64,000 bases of DNA from an uncultured Eubacteriales bacterium (GCA_948514155.1 CAOQYA010000002.1:24002-88001); one strand, 5' to 3'. Positions 43,008 to 52,736 are shown, counted from the stretch's first letter. The notes: generated by a model not told the origin, from the sequence alone. Numbers and translations are program-made.

Positions 43008-43351
43008 TAGGCTTTAACCTCTGCAACAAGTGCTTTGAATGCTTCTGGGTCACGAACAGCGATGTCTGCAAGCACCTTTCTGTTAAGGTCGATGTTTTTA
43101 GACTTAAGTCCGGCAATAAATCTCGAATATGAGATATCGTTAAGGCGGCAAGCCGCGTTAATTCTTGTGATCCAAAGAGCGCGGAAGTCTCTTTTCTTTT
43201 GTTTGCGGCCGATGTAAGCATACATTCCGCTCTTCATAACCTGCTCGCGTGCAGTTCTGTAGAGTTTAGATTTTGCTCCACGATAGCCTTTTGCAGATTT
43301 AAGTATTTTTCTACGCTTTTTAACAGCGTTAACAGTTCTTTTAATTCTCAT
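43007..43351 (-). CDS. rplT: 50S ribosomal protein L20
   Basis: [18 protein letters not shown]...[11 protein letters not shown]. Confidence 0.97.
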   Translation of the reverse strand: MRIKRTVNAVKKRRKILKSAKGYRGAKSKLYRTAREQVMKSGMYAYIGRKQKKRDFRALWITRINAACRLNDISYSRFIAGLKSKNIDLNRKVLADIAVRDPEAFKALVAEVKA

Positions 43352-43363
43352 TTTGCGCTCCTT

Positions 43364-43561
43364 TTACTTTGCACCAAGAAGAGACTTGATGTTGTCAGAG
43401 TTCTTTCCTGCAATGTATGAACCCTTTCTAAGTTTTCTTTTTCTTGCTTGTGATTTGTTGGTCAAGAAGTGACCTTTTGTTGGGCGTGCATATTTAACTT
43501 TGCCAGTTGCAGTGAGTTTAAATCTTTTCTTTGCGCCACTATGTGTTTTTTGTTTTGGCAT
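43364..43561 (-). CDS. rpmI: 50S ribosomal protein L35
   Basis: MPKQKTHSGAKKRFKLTATGKVK... Confidence 0.97.
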   Translation of the reverse strand: MPKQKTHSGAKKRFKLTATGKVKYARPTKGHFLTNKSQARKRKLRKGSYIAGKNSDNIKSLLGAK

Positions 43562-43579
43562 ATTTTTTCTCCTTTTCTG

Positions 43580-44092
43580 TTATGCTTTTTTTGGATTTAC
43601 AACGACGATTATGTTTCGTCCGTTAACTTCCGGCTCTTTATCTGTTGTGCCGGCATCTTCGAGTTTAGAAACGAAGTTTTTAACAACTTCTATGCATGTT
43701 TTGGCATAGGCTTGTTGCCTTCCCCTCATTCTAAGTGAAACCTTAACTTTGTTGCCTTCTGAAAGAAATTTCTTGGCGTTTGTTATGCGATAAGCAATGT
43801 CGTGGTCGCTGATTGTCATTGAAAGTTGAATTTCTTTAACTTCAATAATCTTTTGATTGCGCTTGAGTTCTTTTTCTTTCTTGATTGCATCGAACTTATA
43901 TTTGCCGTAGTCCATAAGTTTGCACACGGCCGGCTTTGAAGAGCCGTTCATAAGCACCAGGTCAAGATTTTTTTGTTCCGCCACGCTAAGCGCTTTTGAA
44001 AGTGACATCACTCCAAGTTGCTCGCCAGCGTCGCCTATCAGCCTCACCTCGTCAGCAGAAATTTGATCGTTGATTAAAAGTTCCTTAAAAAT
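43580..44092 (-). CDS. infC: Translation initiation factor IF-3, with a non-canonical ATT start
   Basis: The track ORF starts internally at GTG 44047. The in-frame upstream reading IFKELLINDQISADEVRLIG begins at ATT 44092, 9 nt after AAGGAG. An AUU start is the known IF3 autoregulatory feature. Confidence 0.85.
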   Translation of the reverse strand: MFKELLINDQISADEVRLIGDAGEQLGVMSLSKALSVAEQKNLDLVLMNGSSKPAVCKLMDYGKYKFDAIKKEKELKRNQKIIEVKEIQLSMTISDHDIAYRITNAKKFLSEGNKVKVSLRMRGRQQAYAKTCIEVVKNFVSKLEDAGTTDKEPEVNGRNIIVVVNPKKA

Positions 44093-44099
44093 GGTCGTT

Positions 44100-44257
44100 G
44101 TCTCCTTTTATAAAAAATTTGGTGAAAGACAAATTGCTTCCACCAAAAAACTTATTTTATTTTGATATAAAGTTTTTTAACACGGCCTAAATCCTAGCGT
44201 TTGACCGGTGAGAAGTGGAAACTTCTGCTTTCGATGTGTTAATATTAGCACACTTTT
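44100..44257 (-). promoter_or_regulatory. infC-rpmI-rplT leader with attenuator hairpin (L20-leader-like)
   Basis: On the minus strand: TTGGTGGAAG-caatttgt-CTTTCACCAA (44119-44146) followed by a T-run, just before the infC RBS. Upstream hairpin AGAAGT-ttcc-ACTTCT. Confidence 0.5.
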
Positions 44258-44860
44258 TTACTTCTTGTCAACTGTTTTTTCAGATTTTTTGCGTTTATAG
44301 AAAAATATTTTATCAAGAATTTTCCCCAGCCTTAATATCAGCCTGTCGGCATTTTTGATTGCCCTGCCTTTCATGAGCGCTTTAAAGAGAATGGTCAGCC
44401 CCGCAATCAACGAACTTACAAGCGTGGAGATAATAATCACAACACTTGGCTGAGAGATGTTTTGTGAGATTGAAAGAATAACACATGCCCCACCCGCGCC
44501 CGACAAAATGCCGCAGATGTCACCCACAACATCGGCACAAAAGGAGCAGACTTTTTCGGAATTTTTTTTGAGCCTTAAAGCCACCTCGCTCCCGGGCTCT
44601 CCCTTTTCGACGGCGCGCTTAAAAAAGTCTTCGTCCGCGCTGGTGACCGCGATGCCTATCATGTCGAACACGACGCTTAGAAAGATAAAGAGTGCAATCA
44701 TTGCGCAGGCCATTATCGCGCCAAGCGAAGAGAGCACGCTGTGGCTGAGAAGTGAAAAAAGCGAAGAGAGACAAATAGAAACAATGAACATCTTAAATGC
44801 CCATCGATAATGCCTAATCTCCACCGCGCTCGCCTTAACCTTGTCCTTTTTACGCTTCAT
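44258..44860 (-). CDS. Hypothetical membrane protein
   Basis: 200 aa, about 4 TM, basic termini. Family not recognised with confidence. Confidence 0.45.
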   Translation of the reverse strand: MKRKKDKVKASAVEIRHYRWAFKMFIVSICLSSLFSLLSHSVLSSLGAIMACAMIALFIFLSVVFDMIGIAVTSADEDFFKRAVEKGEPGSEVALRLKKNSEKVCSFCADVVGDICGILSGAGGACVILSISQNISQPSVVIIISTLVSSLIAGLTILFKALMKGRAIKNADRLILRLGKILDKIFFYKRKKSEKTVDKK

Positions 44861-44924
44861 AGAAGTAGTATATTTTTAAAGTTGAGATTATATGAAAAAA
44901 CCCCGCGGGTGCTGGGGGCTATTC

Positions 44925-45533
44925 CTACCTGTGCAACATCTCGTTTTCGCGCGGGTTGACCGCTAAGTCATTGTCCATTTGGTTTACAGCTTGAAGTTGC
45001 GCCTCAGTAGGTTTTTCTAATGGAGGCAATGTTTCAATTTGCTCTTCTTTTGGCGATTGCTCAGTCTGTTTTTTAAGTTCATTATTTCCAAGTGATAATA
45101 CACGGACAAGACCTAACTCACCTACTACAACTAAAGCAAGGGCAATCAGTGCTTTCTCGGCGTTGCTTTCAGCCTGATTATACAGCGCGGTCAGTTCTGC
45201 ACTATTTTTTTTCATTAAATCTAAAGCGTGCTCATTGCTGTTTGCATATTTTAAGTTGTTTTTATATTCTATTTGCTTTTTATTAAAAAACTCTTGGTCG
45301 GTGTTGATATTAAAATCATATTTTGAGAACTCTTCTTCTATCGATTTAATTTCGCTCTCTATCTGAGTTTTATACATGTCTGTGCTTTTGAAAGTGGTTA
45401 AAGTTTTGTGAGAACTAGAATAATATTTAATCGTAAGTCCTAGTGGCGTTGCGATACTTGCTAGCACAAAGCCAATACTCGCAAGTCTAAAAACAGATTT
45501 TACTTTTAATCGTGTGTTTTGCTTATTCTTCAT
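44925..45533 (-). CDS. Hypothetical membrane-anchored protein
   Basis: 202 aa, two hydrophobic segments, AT-rich. Confidence 0.4.
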   Translation of the reverse strand: MKNKQNTRLKVKSVFRLASIGFVLASIATPLGLTIKYYSSSHKTLTTFKSTDMYKTQIESEIKSIEEEFSKYDFNINTDQEFFNKKQIEYKNNLKYANSNEHALDLMKKNSAELTALYNQAESNAEKALIALALVVVGELGLVRVLSLGNNELKKQTEQSPKEEQIETLPPLEKPTEAQLQAVNQMDNDLAVNPRENEMLHR

Positions 45534-45597
45534 AATATCCCTTTAATTAGATTTATTGTATCAAAAAAAGGGCTTGCTGTCAAGACCTTTTTCTTCT

Positions 45598-47298
45598 CTA
45601 ATACACAATAAGTTCGTCGAGTTTCTTTGAGAGGTTTTGCTCCGAGACGAAGATTTTTTCGCCGGTGGCGCGAATGGTGATTTCAAGCGTGCCGTTTTCA
45701 AGCGTTTTTGGACTGATAACAATGCGCACTGGAATGCCCATAAGTTCGCTGTCTGTAAGTTTAAGACCGGCGGACGCATTTCTATCGTCATACAAAACCT
45801 CAAAGTTTTCGGCAACAAGTTTTTTATACAACTTCTCAGCCGCTTCTCTCACCTTCTCGTCGTCCATTCTGAGTGGGCAAAGATAGATGTGCCATGGCGC
45901 AACGCTCATAGGCCAAACAAGGCCTTTCTCGTCCGAATTCTCTTCCGCAATTGCGGCGATATTTCTGCCAATGCCAATGCCATAGCAGCCCATGATTGGA
46001 TTGAAGAGATTTCCGTCCTTGTCGTGCACCTGCATGCCCATAGACTTTGTGTATTTTGTTCCAAGCTGGAAGATATTGCCGATTTCAATTCCCTTTTTAA
46101 CGAGAAGTTTTGCGCCGCACTTAGGGCAACGCTCGCCTTCTGAAACTTTGGAGATGTCAACAAATTTTTCCGGCTTAACATCGCGCGAGATTGACACGCC
46201 TTGATAGTGGAAGCCTTCTTTGTTTGCTCCGGTCACGAAACTTTCTAAGCCCTCGAGCGATTTGTCAAAATAGATTTCTGCGCCCTCAACACTGAGGTCC
46301 ACGCAGCCGATATTGCCTTTAACAAGGCCGCTGTCTTCGAGATTTTTGATTGCAATGTCGCCGCCAACGAGGAGTTTGAGTTTTGCTTCGTTAACCTCCT
46401 TGTCGCCTCTAAGGAAAGCAATCACAACCCGTTTCTCGTCGCCGATAACAGCATAGCAGACCGCCTTGCAAACTTGAGAAGGCTTTTTATTGAGATTGGA
46501 GCAAACTTCGTCAATAGACTTTGCCTCGCCGGTGAAAACTTCTTGTTTTACTCCGAAGATGTGGTCGTTTTCGTCCATAACTGATGTTGCAACATCGATG
46601 TTGGAAGCCGTGTCGCAGTCTGGGCAGATTATGATTGTGTCCTCGCCTATTTCAGTAAGAAGTTGGAACTCGTCGGCAACCTTGCCCCCCATCATTCCGC
46701 CGTCCGAATGCACAGCAATAACCTTCTTCAGCCCCATGCGGCGATAGATTTTAAAATATGCGTCATAGAGTTTTTTATAATACTCTTCCAAATCTTCTTG
46801 CGTTTCATGGAAGGAATATGCGTCTTTCATAAGAAACTCGCGCACGCGAATAAGTCCCGCTCTTGGACGGGCTTCGTCGCGCACCTTGGTCTGAATTTGA
46901 TAAATCATAAATGGCAGCTGGTCATAACTCTTAATTGTGTCCATGGCTGCATGCACAGACGCCTCTTCGTGGGTCATGCCGATAACAAGGTCGTGACCGC
47001 CCCTGTCTTTAAAGCGCATCATCTCTTGTCCGATTGAAGAATATCTTCCGCTCATGTCCCAAAGTTCGCGAGGCATAACAACCGGGAAAAGACACTCCTG
47101 TCCGCCTACTGCGTCCATTTCTTCGCGAATGATTGCTTGAATTTTTTTGCTAATTCGCTCAGCCGGAGGAAGAAGTGTGAAAATTCCGCCGCCCACTTGT
47201 TTTATGTAGCCCGCGCGCGAAAGGAAGATGTGACTTTTTGCTGTTGCGTCTGCTGGAGGATTTTTAAATCTTTCCCCCAAAAGTTTACTCATTCTCAT
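45598..47298 (-). CDS. proS: Prolyl-tRNA synthetase (bacterial type with INS editing domain)
   Basis: Class II motifs (FRDEARPRAGLIRVREF, GCYGIGIGR) and a C-terminal anticodon-binding domain. Confidence 0.95.
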   Translation of the reverse strand: MRMSKLLGERFKNPPADATAKSHIFLSRAGYIKQVGGGIFTLLPPAERISKKIQAIIREEMDAVGGQECLFPVVMPRELWDMSGRYSSIGQEMMRFKDRGGHDLVIGMTHEEASVHAAMDTIKSYDQLPFMIYQIQTKVRDEARPRAGLIRVREFLMKDAYSFHETQEDLEEYYKKLYDAYFKIYRRMGLKKVIAVHSDGGMMGGKVADEFQLLTEIGEDTIIICPDCDTASNIDVATSVMDENDHIFGVKQEVFTGEAKSIDEVCSNLNKKPSQVCKAVCYAVIGDEKRVVIAFLRGDKEVNEAKLKLLVGGDIAIKNLEDSGLVKGNIGCVDLSVEGAEIYFDKSLEGLESFVTGANKEGFHYQGVSISRDVKPEKFVDISKVSEGERCPKCGAKLLVKKGIEIGNIFQLGTKYTKSMGMQVHDKDGNLFNPIMGCYGIGIGRNIAAIAEENSDEKGLVWPMSVAPWHIYLCPLRMDDEKVREAAEKLYKKLVAENFEVLYDDRNASAGLKLTDSELMGIPVRIVISPKTLENGTLEITIRATGEKIFVSEQNLSKKLDELIVY

Positions 47299-47500
47299 TG
47301 CATTCCTCCATTTTAAGTTGGGACAATTCTTGCTTGATTTGCTTAACTTTGCCCTTTGTCTCTTTCACGAGGCCATAGCAGAATTTGATAAGTTTCATTC
47401 CCTCTTCAAACAGCCCCGAGGCCTCTGCAAGCGGCACAGTTTCGCTTGAAAGCCTATCAACAATTTCGGTCAGTTTTTTTATCGCCTCTTCATATGTCAT
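47285..47500 (-). CDS. xseB: Exodeoxyribonuclease VII small subunit
   Basis: MTYEEAIKKLTEIVDRLSSETVPLAEASGLFEEG... Confidence 0.9.
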   Translation of the reverse strand: MTYEEAIKKLTEIVDRLSSETVPLAEASGLFEEGMKLIKFCYGLVKETKGKVKQIKQELSQLKMEECNENE

Positions 47501-48618
47501 GATTTCACCTCTTTTGCCTCGGCAAGCACAGAGCCGTCGTGGAACTTGATTTCTATCTCAGATTTTAACACAATATTTTGAGCCTTGTCAACAACTTTGC
47601 CCCCTTGCTCGATGCGGGCATAGCCGCGTTTTAAAATGTCGAGTGGATTAAGTTTCGAAAGCGAATTTTCAATCAGCCCAAGCTGATAGTCTTTTTCCGT
47701 GAAGAAACTTGTTGTCAAATTTTCAAGTCTGTTTTCCGCCCTTTCAAGCGGCGAAATTTTGGAAGCGATAAATCTGTTAAGTTCGCTCTCGAACGCGCCT
47801 TCAAGGTGCTTTAACGCGCTCACGCGCTCGCCTTTATTCTTTGTTAGAAGTTCGGCCGCGGCTGACGGCGTTGGCGCGCGCATATCGGAAACAAAATCGA
47901 TAATGGTAAAATCTGTTTCATGGCCGACCGCGCTCATTAAAAACTTCTCGCATGCGGCAGCCGCGCGAGCAACAACTTCGGTGTTATATGCTGCGAGGTC
48001 TTCGAGCGAGCCTCCGCCTCTTGCCACAACTATAACATCAATCTCGTCGAAAGTTGATAGAAGATTTATCGCTTTAGCAATTTCCACTTCTGCGCCATTT
48101 CCTTGCACCTTCACCGGAAAGAGCGCGATGTTTATGCTTGGGTCGCGGCGGGTGGCGACATTTATTATGTCATGAATAACTGCGCCCTCTTTAGAGGTTA
48201 TCACGCCGATTGTTTTGATGTTTTCGGGCATTGGCTTTTTGCGAGACTCGTCGAACAGGCCCTCGCTTTCGAGTTTTTCTTTCATGAAAAGAAACTGCTT
48301 GAACAAATCGCCCTGCCCCGATTTTTCCACTTTTTGAACATTGAAAGATAGCCTTCCGCCCTTGGAATAATAGTTTGGCGAGCCGGTGACGATAATCTCG
48401 TCCCCTTCTTTAATATCCTTCATTGCAAAAGGAATAAAGGTGACGCAAGAAATCATGCCGCCCTCGTCCTTAAGCGAGAAATAGGTGGCGTTCCTTGCGC
48501 TTGACAAGCCAAAAACTTCCCCAACAATTTTTATATTGTGGAGAAGCTCTTCAGCGTCAAATATCTGTTTGATGTAGCCGTTATATTGCGAAACGGTTAT
48601 CGCTTCAAGCATTTTCAC
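47497..48618 (-). CDS. xseA: Exodeoxyribonuclease VII large subunit
   Basis: OB-fold N-terminus and ARGGGSLEDL motif. Overlaps xseB. Confidence 0.9.
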   Translation of the reverse strand: MKMLEAITVSQYNGYIKQIFDAEELLHNIKIVGEVFGLSSARNATYFSLKDEGGMISCVTFIPFAMKDIKEGDEIIVTGSPNYYSKGGRLSFNVQKVEKSGQGDLFKQFLFMKEKLESEGLFDESRKKPMPENIKTIGVITSKEGAVIHDIINVATRRDPSINIALFPVKVQGNGAEVEIAKAINLLSTFDEIDVIVVARGGGSLEDLAAYNTEVVARAAAACEKFLMSAVGHETDFTIIDFVSDMRAPTPSAAAELLTKNKGERVSALKHLEGAFESELNRFIASKISPLERAENRLENLTTSFFTEKDYQLGLIENSLSKLNPLDILKRGYARIEQGGKVVDKAQNIVLKSEIEIKFHDGSVLAEAKEVKS

Positions 48619-48994
48619 TTCCTTTTTTGATTGCGCTGGAAAGCACCCCGTTCAAAAACTTAGGGCTGTCTTCCGACGAATAGACTTTCGCCATTTCCAC
48701 CACTTCATTGATAACAATGGGCGCAGGCGTTTTAATATAGTCGATTTCGGCGATTGCGACAGAAAGAAGAGCGAGGTCGATTTTATGAACTCTGTCGAGG
48801 CTGTAGCCGACCAAAATGCCCTCTATCTTTTTTTCAATATCTTCTCTATGTAAAGAGTATGCCGAGAAGATTTCTTCGGCAAAGGCTCTGTCTTTATCTT
48901 TAATTTGCTCCCACATCTCGTCGTCGCAAGGGCTGGAGTTAAAAAGCCTCTCGAAAGCGAGCGAGAATGCAAGCACTCGTGCGTCTCTTCTCAT
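48605..48994 (-). CDS. nusB: Transcription antitermination factor NusB
   Basis: MRRDARVLAFSLAFE... and INEVVEMAKVYS. Confidence 0.9.
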   Translation of the reverse strand: MRRDARVLAFSLAFERLFNSSPCDDEMWEQIKDKDRAFAEEIFSAYSLHREDIEKKIEGILVGYSLDRVHKIDLALLSVAIAEIDYIKTPAPIVINEVVEMAKVYSSEDSPKFLNGVLSSAIKKGSENA

Positions 48995-48995
48995 T

Positions 48996-49373
48996 TTACA
49001 TTCCTGTGTCTATGCGATTGCAGATTACATTCATGATGTGAACGCTGATGTTGGATGTTTTCATTTCCACCATGCCGGAGAGGTTGTTTTTGATGTTCTC
49101 CTGAATTCTGTATGCAAGATCGGGAGCGGCTTCGCCGATATACACATCCACATACACATCAATTTTCAGTGCGCCATTAGCGTCGAAATGGATGCACACC
49201 CCTTCATAGTCCTGTTTAGATAAAATTTTCTTATGCCAAGGCAGGTTAGCGTTCGAAAGCCTTGCCACACCTTTGATTTCTTTGGTGGCAAGGCTGACGA
49301 TTGAATATAAAATGCTTTTGTCGCAAGTGATTTTTCCGTCTTCACTGTATAATTTTGTGTCTGCCATATTCAC
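48996..49373 (-). CDS. Asp23/Gls24-family envelope stress protein
   Basis: IVSLATKEIKGVA..., size, and a position upstream of nusB as in Bacillus yqhY. Confidence 0.8.
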   Translation of the reverse strand: MNMADTKLYSEDGKITCDKSILYSIVSLATKEIKGVARLSNANLPWHKKILSKQDYEGVCIHFDANGALKIDVYVDVYIGEAAPDLAYRIQENIKNNLSGMVEMKTSNISVHIMNVICNRIDTGM

Positions 49374-49427
49374 TCCTAATTTAAGTTATATATATTAAAT
49401 ATAGCACACTTTTATCTTTTTTAACAA

Positions 49428-49898
49428 CTATTCAACAGGAATTATTTTAATATTTTTAAGTTCTGTGCCAAGTTGCTCTTGAATTATTGCAACAACTTGT
49501 GCAACTTCGTTTTCTGTGAGAACTGCTGCGTCTACAAGCACATTCACATTTGCTGTTGACATGGTGATAACGCAGTCCTTAAAGCCAAGGCCTTTAACCA
49601 GCCCTTCAACAACAAGTTCTTTGTCCATTTGTGCGATAAGATTTATTCTTGCCTGGTCGGCGTTCTTGATTGCTTCTTCTGATGATGACGGACTTTCAAC
49701 TATCGCTTGATAGTAAAGAAGTTCTTGGTCGCGTCTTGCTTCCCTGTCTTGACGATAGGAAGCAAAGTAACTTGCGGTTGTTGTTTGAGTTGGAACATTG
49801 TCTTTCACAGAATTGTTGAGAGCCACATTCAGATAACCTGTCACGCCCAACAGCACCACCATGACCGCAAGAATAATGATTTTTGTTCTCTTTTTCAT
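49428..49898 (-). CDS. spoIIIAH: Stage III sporulation protein AH
   Basis: N-terminal TM, SpoIIIAH-like C-terminus, last gene of the operon. ATG 49898 lies 7 nt after AAGGAG. Confidence 0.8.
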   Translation of the reverse strand: MKKRTKIIILAVMVVLLGVTGYLNVALNNSVKDNVPTQTTTASYFASYRQDREARRDQELLYYQAIVESPSSSEEAIKNADQARINLIAQMDKELVVEGLVKGLGFKDCVITMSTANVNVLVDAAVLTENEVAQVVAIIQEQLGTELKNIKIIPVE

Positions 49899-49911
49899 TT
49901 TCATTCTCCTT

Positions 49912-50442
49912 TTATGCACCTGTTAATATCAAAATATCTTCATTTGCAATGTCGACCACAGTTTGTATGGCTGTGACGAGGTTGAGCCTCACCGAAATGT
50001 TGTCTGCTCCACTCGCCGACACCAGCACGCCCTTAATTTCGGGATATATCTCCTTCACAAGCACAGGTTTGCCCGAGACGAGGATAATGCTGCTTGTCGT
50101 TGTTGAGCCGGACGAGTTTTCTTTGACCGTCTCTTCGGTGGCGTAGACATATTCAAAGCCGCTGCCGAGAGTGACCAGCACACTCACATTGCCAGCACCC
50201 TTGACTTGGCTGAGAATGCCCTCAAGCTTGTCCTCCAAGCCTTTGGCGTAAGCCTCGGCGTCAGAGGCTGATATTGATGTGTCGGTCTCTTTTTGCGGGC
50301 TTTTCGCCGGAGTGCGAATGAAAAGGAAATAGCATAATATCAACATTCCTATAACTAGGATGGCCAGTCCTATTTGTAGTTTTCGATTTTCCTTTATGCT
50401 TCGCCCAAGATTTTTAAGCTTGTCCAAAAACTCACCTTTCAA
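49912..50442 (-). CDS. spoIIIAG: Stage III sporulation protein AG
   Basis: TM segment plus the conserved C-terminal GVLVSASGADN... Probable TTG start at 50442 after GGAGGTG. Confidence 0.8.
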   Translation of the reverse strand: MKGEFLDKLKNLGRSIKENRKLQIGLAILVIGMLILCYFLFIRTPAKSPQKETDTSISASDAEAYAKGLEDKLEGILSQVKGAGNVSVLVTLGSGFEYVYATEETVKENSSGSTTTSSIILVSGKPVLVKEIYPEIKGVLVSASGADNISVRLNLVTAIQTVVDIANEDILILTGA

Positions 50443-50932
50443 AATGCACCTCCGACGCCTCGACTTTTGCATGAGCAATCACTATCTCTAGTATTTCGTG
50501 CTCGATGTCTAAAATATCTTTATGTTTGGCATTCTCTGTTATGACTAAATTCCTTAGTTCGACATATATCGCATTAATCTTAAAGTTTGTGGAGAAGTTT
50601 TCGGCTGAAACTGACACTTCAACATTATTGTAACCACTTTTTTTTATGTCGAGTGAAATGCCCTCTTGTATCGCTTTCGTCTTATATACATTCATTTGAT
50701 AGATGTAGTCTTCTTGGAGCGTGTAGTTATCTGATATGGAAATGTCGGAAAAGGAGAAGTTTTTGCCAATTAGGCCAGGGAGCGGCGCGATTATAACAAG
50801 CACAACAATGAATGAAAATATGCTGCGAATATATTTGTTAAGTTGACCTTCCGGCAGCATCAGTTCCACAATGACCGATAGGCTGATTATGCCGGCGATT
50901 GAAAGTATCCACGCAGAAACAGAGCCAAACAT
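50432..50932 (-). CDS. spoIIIAF: Stage III sporulation protein AF
   Basis: Two N-terminal TM segments (WILSIAGIISLSVIVELMLPEG) and operon position. Confidence 0.8.
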   Translation of the reverse strand: MFGSVSAWILSIAGIISLSVIVELMLPEGQLNKYIRSIFSFIVVLVIIAPLPGLIGKNFSFSDISISDNYTLQEDYIYQMNVYKTKAIQEGISLDIKKSGYNNVEVSVSAENFSTNFKINAIYVELRNLVITENAKHKDILDIEHEILEIVIAHAKVEASEVHFER

Positions 50933-50973
50933 CTTTTCGTCCTCCTTTTTTGTTAATTAGATTTTTCTTGAAC

Positions 50974-51100
50974 GGGGCGACGCAATCGGCGCGCGCGTAG
51001 CGCGCGCCCCCGCCCTCGGGCGCCAAGCGCAAAAAGTATTTTTGCGAGCCGCCCGAGGGCTGTAAATTTCGCCTCCGGCGAAATTTGCTTGCGTCGCCCC
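50974..51100. repeat. GC-rich perfect four-way-junction (cloverleaf-like) palindromic element between spoIIIAE and spoIIIAF
   Basis: Outer 12-bp stem 50974-50985/51089-51100. Arms: 50988-51008 (9 bp); 51012-51022/51050-51060 (11 bp) enclosing 51028-51046 (8 bp); and 51064-51086 (10 bp). All pairs are Watson-Crick. Confidence 0.8.
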
Positions 51101-51120
51101 ACTTGTCCTTGCCCCGAGTG

Positions 51121-52329
51121 CTATAGGATGTTCGCACTGCACATCACAAGCCCAGTTAAAATCACATACATGAACGACACAGCCACAATCATGGAAATAA
51201 GCATAGTCATGTTTTTGGAAAGAGTGCTCACAAACGAGGCAATCTTTCCGTCGCCTAGCGGCTCGATAATTCCCGCCATAAGTTTAAGCGCAAGCATGAA
51301 GATAATCAGTTCTATCACCGGTGCGATAATCGTTCCTGCAAGCAGCAGCATTCCGCACGCGCCGACAGCGTTCTTGATAAGGCTTGACGAAGCCAGCACA
51401 ATATATAATCCGTCTGAGATATAGGACCCGACAATAGGCACATAACTCTTAATTGCAAACTTGGCCGTTTTTATCGAAAGCCCGTCAATCGAGCCGGCTG
51501 CAATTCCTTGAATGGATGCAAAGCCGATAAACACAGTAAACACAAGCCCAATCACCCACTTGAACATTGAGTTGATAAAGGAAATAAATTTGTCAAGTTT
51601 GACATTGTTGGAAAGATTGCTCACAAGTGACAAGACTGTGGAAATAAGAAACAGCGGCATAAGAAAGATTGTAAAAATGTTGATAATAAGGCTGGCAAGA
51701 AGAGCCATTGCCGTCTGATAGACAGACACGGACACGCTGCCACCGACCGCAGTCAGCATTGTTAAGAGAATTGGAAACACGGCATCCATTTGAGCCTTGA
51801 TTGAGCCAATCGTCGAAGTTGTGACCGATATCATGCGCATTATCACCGAGAAAATGAGAATGACCACCACTCCATATGTGACAAAGTGAATAATTGAGCC
51901 CATCGACTTGTTTCCGAAGTTGGGCTTCAAGTTCTGCATCATTCCCCCTAGAATTGCAACGGCAATAACGGTGGCAATAATCGGCAAAAATGAAAGCAGA
52001 TTATCAAATATGAGATTGAGCAGCGCCTGCCAAATGGAAGTTGAGTCATTTGCAAAATCGCCGCTTATTATCGAGGCCAATTTTTCAAGAAAACTCTTGC
52101 CCTGAAAAAGGTCGGCCGCATTTCCGGAATTATTTAAAATGTCTTCAAGGTCGGAAAGGTCGAGGTCGCCAAGTTGGTCACCAACGGCATCGTCAAGTTT
52201 GTCTGAAAGGTCCTCTTCTGCACTTGCCGCAAAACAAATTTGTGGCAGCGTATAGTTTGCCGCTAAAATGGGAGACAGGCAGATTAGCAGCATAAAGATT
52301 GATAAAACAAGAACTTTTAACTTTCTCAT
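51121..52329 (-). CDS. spoIIIAE: Stage III sporulation protein AE
   Basis: 402 aa polytopic membrane protein with signal peptide. SpoIIIAE-like. Confidence 0.9.
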   Translation of the reverse strand: MRKLKVLVLSIFMLLICLSPILAANYTLPQICFAASAEEDLSDKLDDAVGDQLGDLDLSDLEDILNNSGNAADLFQGKSFLEKLASIISGDFANDSTSIWQALLNLIFDNLLSFLPIIATVIAVAILGGMMQNLKPNFGNKSMGSIIHFVTYGVVVILIFSVIMRMISVTTSTIGSIKAQMDAVFPILLTMLTAVGGSVSVSVYQTAMALLASLIINIFTIFLMPLFLISTVLSLVSNLSNNVKLDKFISFINSMFKWVIGLVFTVFIGFASIQGIAAGSIDGLSIKTAKFAIKSYVPIVGSYISDGLYIVLASSSLIKNAVGACGMLLLAGTIIAPVIELIIFMLALKLMAGIIEPLGDGKIASFVSTLSKNMTMLISMIVAVSFMYVILTGLVMCSANIL

Positions 52330-52718
52330 GTCGGCAAGAGTTCCATAACAATGTTAAGAATGCTTGTCACGATAGGCAGCGACATGACAAGAATTATTAT
52401 CTTGCCGCCAAGGAGGATTTTGTCTCCCAGTCCCCCATTTCCCGTGTCGGCGCAAAGGCTGGCGGTGAATTCGGTCAGATATCCCACTCCAATTATCTTA
52501 AACACGACGGCAATAAGATTTCCATTTAGCCCCGTCTTGTTTGCAAGCGAGCCCACAAGAGAAAGCACGCCGGAAATCGAAGACAGCACCATGATTAAAA
52601 TCACAATGCCGCCCACCATGGAAATAATCATGGCAAAATCACTGCGCACCGGTTTAACAATCAGTGCGGCGATGCAGGTTATCAGCCCTATTCCCATGAT
52701 TTTGAAGATTAGTTCCAT
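52326..52718 (-). CDS. spoIIIAD: Stage III sporulation protein AD
   Basis: 130 aa, 4 TM, MELIFKIMGIGLIT... Confidence 0.9.
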   Translation of the reverse strand: MELIFKIMGIGLITCIAALIVKPVRSDFAMIISMVGGIVILIMVLSSISGVLSLVGSLANKTGLNGNLIAVVFKIIGVGYLTEFTASLCADTGNGGLGDKILLGGKIIILVMSLPIVTSILNIVMELLPT

Positions 52719-52736
52719 GCTCTCTCCCTACTCTAT

